From: Nitrososphaerota archaeon
Lineage (GTDB): Archaea; Thermoproteota; Nitrososphaeria_A; Caldarchaeales; Calditenuaceae
Direction of reading: 5' to 3'
Length of the DNA: 5,980 bases
NCBI GenBank assembly: GCA_038741355.1
Contig: JAVYLC010000003.1
Location: 539-6,518 of the forward strand
Shown piece after piece: positions 1-4,678 of this stretch. A model generated the notes under the pieces. That model ran no database searches and had not been told where the DNA came from. It was given only the letters and a program-made list of their open reading frames with translations. Numbering within the stretch: the first letter of the stretch is position 1; every line of letters begins with the position of its first letter. The translations under genes and the position numbers were made by a program.

Positions 1-1028
1 GCTCAGAACGGGCTTGGATATAAAAAGATTTGGAAGACGTTGAGAGAGAATGGGGTTCGGGTAGCTAAGTCGACCGTCGGGTACTACTACTATAAGTTGT
101 TCTCAGAGAGGGTGGGGAAGAGAGGCCCACACCTAGACAGAGCTGTTAGGATTAGACTTTACAGCGAGGTCAAGAGGCTACGGAATAAGGGCTATTCATA
201 CAGCATGATCATAGATGAGGTGAAGGAGAGGTACGGTGTCAGATTAAGTAGGTCAGAGGTCAGTGAGTGGTTAAGAGGAATTCGTAAACCATTAAATGAA
301 ATACGGATACCATCGATTGACTACCTAGAACCGTCACCGGACCTAGCCTATTTTATAGGTGTTGTTGGCGATGGATGCGTAATCAGAAAAAGCACGTACA
401 GCACATGGGGTGGAGGATATAAGGTCGTAGCCTGCGTCAAGGATGGAGAGTTTGCCGAAGAGTTCGCGAGGTGTTTGGGAAGAGTTCTCGGAAGGGAGCC
501 ACCAAAGCCAACGCAAACAAGGGGTGGATTCTTTGGGTACGTGTTGCCTCAAAGACCCTCTACAACCTACTCAAAAAACCAATTAACGTTGATGATACAA
601 GACGTTTCACGGAGCATTGTAGGTATTGTGTGCAGAGCTTTCTACGAGGATTCTTCGACAGTGAAGGCTCCGTAAAAACATGCAGTGCAATCTATTGTTA
701 CAACACAGACATTAAAATTCTCAAATATGTTCAGAGACTTCTAAAACTCTTGGAGATAGAGTCCATAGGACCACGTCTACACGCAAAGAAGGGGACTCCC
801 TCCAAATTATGCGTAGCAAAGAATGATGTATACCACCTCTACGTTGGGGGTGCTAGTAGGCTGAAGTTCTATGAGCACGCCGGATTCACGATACAGAGGA
901 AAAAACAGCGCCTCGGAGAATATCTTACACGTCACGGACTACTTAGGGACAAGCCGCCTAAAACCCCCCTAAATCCTTTCCCTCTACCCACAATCACCGT
1001 GAAAACTAATGAAAAAAGGAGAACATAG
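1..1028 (+). pseudogene. HTH + double-motif LAGLIDADG (I-DmoI-like) endonuclease gene, copy 1. The 5' end lies outside the window and a 1-nt frameshift sits near 535-537.
   Basis: Frame 1 is open from nt 1 (AQNGLGYKKIWKTLRENG...) and aligns with residues from about 55 onward of the 4679-5938 ORF. Motif 1 is LAYFIGVVGDG. Frame 1 reads ...RGGFFGY and then diverges from copy 2. Frame 3 from 537 (VRVASKTLYNLL...FLRGFFDSEGSV...GFTIQRKKQ) resumes the alignment. Codon alignment with copy 2 (ggt ggg ttg ctc gaa gta cgc) shows one base missing in 'ttt gg- gta cgt'. The stop is tag at 1026-1028. Confidence 0.8.
1002..1017 (-). terminator. Possible oligo-T terminator for the aspS/small-ORF transcript
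   Basis: The minus strand reads CCTTTTTTCATTAGTTTTC. The T6 run is at 1012-1017, starting 13 nt past the TAG of the 76-aa ORF. The tract lies inside the last codons of the convergent LAGLIDADG copy 1. Confidence 0.3.
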
Positions 1029-1029
1029 A

Positions 1030-1260
1030 CTACTCCACCTTCTTAAATGGGTCGAGACCTGCGAGGGCTCTGAGCTCTAGGATGCGCCTTTTCAAGTGGT
1101 CAATCTCCTCCACGCTGGGCTCACGAGCCTCTGAACCAGAGACAAGTCTCGCCTTCAGGCCAGCCCACCTATACGCCAGCTCCTCCACATCCTCTTCCGT
1201 CAAATACTTCTCAAATATTCGTTTCGAGATCTCTCTAAACTCCTCAGCCGGATCGCTCAT
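1030..1260 (-). CDS. Small acidic, helical hypothetical protein (76 aa), translationally coupled to aspS
   Basis: Its ATG at 1260-1258 overlaps the aspS stop in an ATGA arrangement (minus strand GTG CCA TGA GCG). The composition is charged and helical (EEFREISKRIFEKYLTEEDVEELAYRW...), unlike the low-complexity antisense ORF 1082-1273. I do not recognise a family. Confidence 0.55.
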   Translation of the reverse strand: MSDPAEEFREISKRIFEKYLTEEDVEELAYRWAGLKARLVSGSEAREPSVEEIDHLKRRILELRALAGLDPFKKVE

Positions 1261-2579
1261 GGCACGAGCCTGAACCTATCCCTCGGGAAGAGTATTACGT
1301 CCCTTATGTTGGTACGCCTTGTGATGACCATTATCAGCCTCTCGAACCCGAGCCCCCAGCCTGCGTGGACAGGCATGCCATAATCATATACCGCCACATG
1401 GTGTTTGAAGCTCTCGGAGTTGAGCCCTTGCTCCTGCAGCCTCTGCCTGAGAAGCACGGGATCTGATATCCTCGTCCCACCTGAAGCCAGTTCGAGCCAC
1501 TGGTACATCAGGTCGAAGGACTCAGATACCTGTGGGTTGCTGGGGTCGGGCTGGATGTAGAAGGGCTTTATGGCGGTTGGGAAGTGGGTGATGAAGTAGA
1601 AACCCGTGTGCCTCTTGGCCAGATATCTCAGTTCTGGGGTCTCCAGATCGCCTCCCCAGCTCTTTGGATGACCAAGCTCCACAAGCTCTCTCAAGGCCTC
1701 GTCATAAGTCATCCGCTTGAAAGGAGTCTTGGGGGGTCGGAGAGAGACGCCGAGGAGCTCGAGCTCCCTCTGCCTCTCCTCTAAGACCCTCTTGAAGACG
1801 TGGGCAACCATCTCCTCAAGCACCCGCATGACACCTTCATAGTTCATGAAGGCAGCCTCTATGTCGACAGAAGTGAACTCGCTGACGTGTCTCCGCGTAT
1901 GCGAGGCCTCAGCCCTGAAGAATGGCCCAATCTCAAAGACTCGTTCAAAGACAGTGACAAGCTCTTCCTTGTAGAGCTGAGGACTCTGGGCAAGATACGC
2001 TTCCTTCCCGAAGTAGTCCACCTTGAAGAGGGCCGCCCCACCCTCAGTCGCGGTGGCTATGATCTTAGGAGTCCTAACCTCCACAAACCCCTGCCCACGG
2101 AGATACTCGCGTATAGCGTCGAAGACCGTGTCAGCTATAAGGAAGATCGCGGTATTCACTGGTTTTCTCAGGTCTAGTATCCTATGGTTAAGACGCGTTG
2201 TCATGGACGCTGAGACTTTGCCGGTCACGTCATAGGGGAGCTTCTCAACCGCCTTGGCAACAACCTCAATCCGCTCACCCCTCACCTCAACACCCATCCT
2301 TGACTGAGGAGCAACGCGCACAGTCCCCCAGACCCTAACAGCCGATTCACGGGTCAAACCATCTAGAGCAGCTAGAAGACCGCTCTCAGCACCTACGCGG
2401 CTAAACACAACTTGGCAGAGACCCGACCTATCCCTCAAAACTATGAAGACCAAAGAGCCGAGGTCGCGTATCTCATGGACCCAGCCCTGAATGACCACAC
2501 GCCGGCCGTCAAGTTCAGGCCTAACCATCCCAGAGCGCACTTGGTCAAAACCGGCCTCGGGCTCCTCATCTCCAGCCAT
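1257..2579 (-). CDS. aspS: Aspartyl-tRNA synthetase, archaeal type (class IIb)
   Basis: An OB-fold N-terminus (VVIQGWVHEIRDLGSLVFIVLRD) is followed by class II signatures: FVEVRTPKIIATATEGGAALF, QSPQLYKE, FRAEASHTRRHVSEF, GMPVHAGWGLGFERLIMV and ILFPRDRFRLVP. It is collinear with the Thermococcus/Pyrococcus AspRS as I recall it. I prefer the ATG at 2579 (MAGDEE...) because the GTG at 2612 abuts the TATA-like box at 2615-2622. Confidence 0.93.
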   Translation of the reverse strand: MAGDEEPEAGFDQVRSGMVRPELDGRRVVIQGWVHEIRDLGSLVFIVLRDRSGLCQVVFSRVGAESGLLAALDGLTRESAVRVWGTVRVAPQSRMGVEVRGERIEVVAKAVEKLPYDVTGKVSASMTTRLNHRILDLRKPVNTAIFLIADTVFDAIREYLRGQGFVEVRTPKIIATATEGGAALFKVDYFGKEAYLAQSPQLYKEELVTVFERVFEIGPFFRAEASHTRRHVSEFTSVDIEAAFMNYEGVMRVLEEMVAHVFKRVLEERQRELELLGVSLRPPKTPFKRMTYDEALRELVELGHPKSWGGDLETPELRYLAKRHTGFYFITHFPTAIKPFYIQPDPSNPQVSESFDLMYQWLELASGGTRISDPVLLRQRLQEQGLNSESFKHHVAVYDYGMPVHAGWGLGFERLIMVITRRTNIRDVILFPRDRFRLVP

Positions 2580-2614
2580 AGAGTTTTTAGACCAAAAAGA
2601 ACATTGATTCACGC

Positions 2615-2622
2615 ATATTTAA
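2615..2622 (-). promoter_or_regulatory. TATA-like box for aspS
   Basis: The minus strand reads CTTAAATATGCG. The TTAAATAT element lies about 36-43 nt upstream of ATG 2579, which would give a short leader. Confidence 0.45.
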
Positions 2623-2674
2623 GTGATAACTTCACATGAGTCATTCATAAACAATCTAACCAAGTATGAGGCCC

Positions 2675-3172
2675 CTAACGCCGCGTAGCCCGCTCAATCC
2701 GTATCGCACGACACTTAAAACTTTTAACCAAATCCACAATCTCGTCCACCGGTAGCTGGAGCTTAGAAGTATCATCCACCGTGACTATCGTCTCCTCGGA
2801 TCCATCAGGAAGCCACACCACATTAATAGTTAGGATCTTAGCAGGGGCAAGAAGCTCAGCCAAAAAGCTATTAAATGCGCGGTGATCCCTAAGCACCCTC
2901 ACAAGTGCCTTTAACCGGCGTGAGAGCTGAAGTGATAGCTCCATAAAGTCCTGAACAGAAGCCTCTACATCTCGGAGGAAGACAAAAATTTTGTTTTTTT
3001 GACGTATCGAGCCGGCGTACTCAGCCTTGGCTAGTAGTGGCAGGTTTAGGTCGATTAACGATGTTAAGACCTCGATGTCCAGCCGCGTAACCTCTCCTCT
3101 CTCTAATTTCCTCTGACAACTCGGGCAAAGAGAGCCACTCCGCAGGTCGAACTCGCATACGGGTATCTTCAG
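2675..3172 (-). CDS. Cys-cluster + NusA-like KH-type putative RNA-binding protein (about 165 aa) with no canonical start codon; CTG is the candidate start
   Basis: One frame is open from 3175 to the stop at 2675. It reads (L)KIPVCEFDLRSGSLCPSCQRKLERGEVTRLDIEVLTSLIDL...IFVFLRDVEASVQDFMELSLQ...FLAELLAPAKILTINVVWLPDGSEETIVTVDD.... The ORF track shows only the C-terminal 89 aa (from ATG 2944) plus an out-of-frame 61-aa ORF. The FLAELLAPAKIL..V segment resembles the F..N.LSPA.V..V segment of NusA-type KH domains. A GGAGG at 3186-3182 lies 9 nt upstream of CTG 3172. Confidence 0.6.
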   Translation of the reverse strand: MKIPVCEFDLRSGSLCPSCQRKLERGEVTRLDIEVLTSLIDLNLPLLAKAEYAGSIRQKNKIFVFLRDVEASVQDFMELSLQLSRRLKALVRVLRDHRAFNSFLAELLAPAKILTINVVWLPDGSEETIVTVDDTSKLQLPVDEIVDLVKSFKCRAIRIERATRR

Positions 3173-3209
3173 TAGTTATCGCCTCCAAGTCTATCATCAG
3201 CCTCATCTG

Positions 3210-3216
3210 TTTTTAA
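3210..3216 (-). promoter_or_regulatory. Possible TATA-like box upstream of the KH-like gene
   Basis: The minus strand reads GGTTAAAAACAG in the 67-nt gap after the alba stop, about 38-44 nt upstream of CTG 3172. Read-through from alba is equally possible because no T-run follows the alba stop. Confidence 0.3.
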
Positions 3217-3239
3217 CCTTCCTTACCCTCGGCGCGCCT

Positions 3240-3512
3240 CTAAGAGGCTATCTTTATCTCGATCGTACTTACGTTCACGTCCCTGTTGTCCTGCCCCTTC
3301 AGCATCTCTGTACCCAGCTTTATCTCCTGCACCTTCAAATCCTTGTAGAACCTGTTCTTCAGTATCTGGACCACATCGACAGCCCTGCTTATTGACCGTC
3401 CCCTCGCCTTCAGTGTCACGTTCTGCCCCTGCTGCAGCGATATCAGACACGCCAAGACGTAGCTCATCGCCGGCTTCTTGCCAACCAATACAGTTACCTC
3501 ATTCGCGGACAT
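3240..3512 (-). CDS. albA: Alba (Sso10b/Sac10b family) DNA/RNA-binding chromatin protein
   Basis: MSANEVTVLVGKKPAMSYVLACLISLQQGQNVTLKARGRSISRAVDVVQILKNRF...VSTIEIKI matches the Sulfolobus Alba pattern (IGKKPVMNYVLA...IKARGRAISKAVD...VSTIEI). The track's start at 3521 is a GTG, and the ATG at 3512 gives a typical 90-aa protein. Confidence 0.93.
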   Translation of the reverse strand: MSANEVTVLVGKKPAMSYVLACLISLQQGQNVTLKARGRSISRAVDVVQILKNRFYKDLKVQEIKLGTEMLKGQDNRDVNVSTIEIKIAS

Positions 3513-3557
3513 TCTTCTCACTCCCTCTGGTTTTTGCAGATGACTTATCCACTAACC

Positions 3558-3567
3558 TAAATAAAAA
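3558..3567 (-). promoter_or_regulatory. TATA-like box for alba, which may also act as the oligo-T terminator of the upstream deacetylase gene
   Basis: The minus strand reads GGTTTTTATTTAGG. It lies 25 nt past the deacetylase TGA (3592-3594) and about 46-55 nt upstream of the alba ATG at 3512. Confidence 0.45.
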
Positions 3568-3591
3568 CCTTCATTACGGGTTCTTTAGGCT

Positions 3592-4362
3592 TCAGAGCAT
3601 GTCGGCGATGGGGTTAACGTGGAGTGCCAGCTGGTTGAGTATTTTGAAGGCCTCAGCATACTTGTAGCCAGCTCTCCTACCTAATATCTCGTCATACTTG
3701 ATGAGGAGTTCAACTATATCAGGAGTGAATTGGGACCTGTGGGCCGACATGGCCTCCTTTTTAACATCTATCAGGTCTGAGATATCGACGTATAGGTTCG
3801 GGTTCTTGGTCCAATAGTAGGCGATGTACTTGGGTGAATGGGGCTCGAGGCCCTTTTCGAGGTCTTCACGGTTGATGTTCGTTAGGTTGCTGAAAAAGAA
3901 GGCCTCGCTGGCTGCGAGTCCAGTTGCTATGTGGTCTGGGTGGGCCTCATAGGGTAGCCATGGATCGACTGTCAAGACGACGTCGGGCCTGTAGCGCCTT
4001 ATCAGGGTTATCAGCTTGTTCCTGAGCTCCAATGAGGGTCTAAGCTCTGAATCCCTATAATCAAGCCAGATGAGTTCTGAGACACCTAGGATCTGGGCCG
4101 CAGCCTGCTGCTCCTTCCTGCGAATACGCGTCAGCTCCTCCCACGATATCGAGGGATCTGTAGTTCCACCACCACCATCAGTCACCGTCACATATATGAC
4201 CCTACACCCACGGTAAGAGAGTCTAGCAACTATGCCGCCGGCGCCTATATCAGTATCATCCGGATGGGGCTGAATGGATAATATCGTTCTGCATTCTTCA
4301 AAAGCCTTCTCAGGCTTCAAACCAATTAACTCCCTGACAACCTCAACCTCTGAAGACTCCAT
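3592..4362 (-). CDS. PIG-L/LmbE-family N-acetylglucosaminyl deacetylase, resembling archaeal diacetylchitobiose deacetylase (Dac)
   Basis: The family signature is QPHPDDTDIGAGG...VIYVTVTDGGGGT...RRKEQQAAAQILGV...DYRDSEL...DPWLPYEAHPDHIATG...YVDISDL...HRSQF. These blocks are collinear with the Pyrococcus/Thermococcus Dac sequence as I recall it. The track's start at 4371 is a TTG, and I prefer ATG 4362 (MESSEVEVV). Confidence 0.85.
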   Translation of the reverse strand: MESSEVEVVRELIGLKPEKAFEECRTILSIQPHPDDTDIGAGGIVARLSYRGCRVIYVTVTDGGGGTTDPSISWEELTRIRRKEQQAAAQILGVSELIWLDYRDSELRPSLELRNKLITLIRRYRPDVVLTVDPWLPYEAHPDHIATGLAASEAFFFSNLTNINREDLEKGLEPHSPKYIAYYWTKNPNLYVDISDLIDVKKEAMSAHRSQFTPDIVELLIKYDEILGRRAGYKYAEAFKILNQLALHVNPIADML

Positions 4363-4390
4363 AGTGTTCAACGATCATAGGGCGTTGGTG

Positions 4391-4397
4391 TTTTTAA
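4391..4397 (-). promoter_or_regulatory. TATA-like box for the deacetylase gene
   Basis: The minus strand reads CTCTTAAAAACACC. Its centre is about 32 nt upstream of ATG 4362, which implies a near-leaderless mRNA. Confidence 0.4.
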
Positions 4398-4408
4398 GAG
4401 TTAAGAGT

Positions 4409-4468
4409 GTGGACCGGCCGGATTCGAGCCGGCGACCTCCCTCACATGTCTTGGGGCTGGGATGAGGT
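4409..4468 (-). tRNA. Orphan tRNA 3' half: anticodon-arm 3' strand, variable loop, T-arm and acceptor 3' strand. A possible anticodon arm plus short intron lies upstream. No 5' acceptor strand or D-arm was found.
   Basis: The minus strand at 4443-4409 reads GAGGG AGGTC GCCGG CTCGAAT CCGGC CGGTCCA C. This has the same 5+5+5+7+5+7+1 geometry as positions 39-73 of the tRNA-Val in this window. One reading upstream is ACCTC AT-CCC-A [GCCCCAAGACATG] T, which is a Gly(CCC)-like loop with a 13-nt intron at 37/38. The complement of the acceptor strand (TGGACCG, or GTGGACC) occurs nowhere between 4445 and 4680. Confidence 0.55.
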
Positions 4469-4652
4469 CTCAACCCCCACCTCTTCAGACCACTCTTCCC
4501 CATAATCCTCCCCCTCAAACCCCTCCTAGGACTCCTCAAGCTAGTAATGGAATTCTTTCCACCCGCTCATTGAATAGTGCCCCAACCGCCGCAGATTTAA
4601 GGCCATGTCAGAAGTCTTAGGCCTAGGTTATTTTCGCCGAGGTGTCTGAGAG

Positions 4653-4660
4653 AATAAGTA
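4653..4660 (+). promoter_or_regulatory. Weak TATA-like box upstream of LAGLIDADG copy 2
   Basis: AATAAGTA is centred about 22 nt upstream of ATG 4679. A GAGGAGG at 4670-4676 could serve as a Shine-Dalgarno-like (SD-like) element. An in-frame taa at 4655-4657 bounds the ORF. Confidence 0.25.
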
Positions 4661-4678
4661 TCGCACGTAGAGGAGGAT

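Noticed and set aside
343-552. Antisense ORFs inside the LAGLIDADG genes (343-552, 4777-5148, 5245-5460)
   Set aside because: They are shadow ORFs opposite well-supported coding frames and show no family resemblance.
1030-1260. Possible GatC (amidotransferase subunit C) identity for the 76-aa ORF next to aspS
   Set aside because: LTEEDVEELAYRWAGLKARL vaguely recalls the GatC N-terminal helix (..EDV..LA.LARL.L). The rest does not follow the GatC order or its VEP-containing C-terminal segment. The resemblance is too weak without an HMM hit.
1584-2639. Plus-strand ORFs 1584-1784, 1800-2177, 2023-2235 and 2412-2639, and the minus-strand alternate-frame ORF 1859-2041
   Set aside because: All lie entirely within, or overlap, the strongly supported aspS gene. 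Their sequences are low-complexity and Ser/Arg/Pro/Leu-rich, as expected of shadow frames.
2981-3000. A/T homopolymer block (aaaaattttgttttttt) that looks like an intergenic terminator between the 61-aa and 89-aa track ORFs
   Set aside because: It is in frame within the continuous KH-like reading frame (…R Q K N K I F V F…), so it is coding and not intergenic. It remains a slippage-prone A7/T5 site.
3021-3206. 61-aa minus-strand ORF MRLMIDLEAITTEDTR...
   Set aside because: It is out of frame with, and overlaps, the N-terminal part of the longer Cys-cluster/KH frame. Its C-terminal half (RGYAAGHRGLNIVNRPKPATTSQG) looks like frame noise. I keep it only as a possible frameshift donor in the CTG-start finding.
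3223-3667. ORFs 3223-3450 (-) and 3392-3667 (+)
   Set aside because: They are alternate-frame or antisense overlaps of alba and the deacetylase 3' end. They are Gly/Ala/Arg- or Ser/Pro-rich with no recognisable motifs.
4274-4465. Plus-strand 63-aa ORF spanning the deacetylase start and the tRNA-like fragment, plus an unlisted Pro-rich ORF of about 53 aa starting at ATG 4462
   Set aside because: The first is antisense to the deacetylase N-terminus and to tRNA-like sequence. The second owes its Pro-rich translation to the C-rich strand. Neither has start-signal or motif support.
4464-4480. Reading of the minus strand TGGGG GTTGAGA CCTCA as the anticodon arm of a type II tRNA-Ser(UGA), with AGTGGTCTGA as its D-loop
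   Set aside because: This reading would need a 29-nt variable region and G at position 32. The purine-only flanks cannot form a D-stem, and no acceptor 5' strand exists. The class I geometry of 4409-4443 fits better.
4548-4600. Minus-strand TTAAAT box followed by GCGGCGGTTGGGGCAC...GGGTGGAAAGAATTCC, considered as a tRNA 5' end or an RNase P CR-I-like (GGAAAG) element
   Set aside because: No acceptor complementarity to the 3' half was found, no cloverleaf could be drawn, and the GGAAAG match is too short to call an RNase P RNA.
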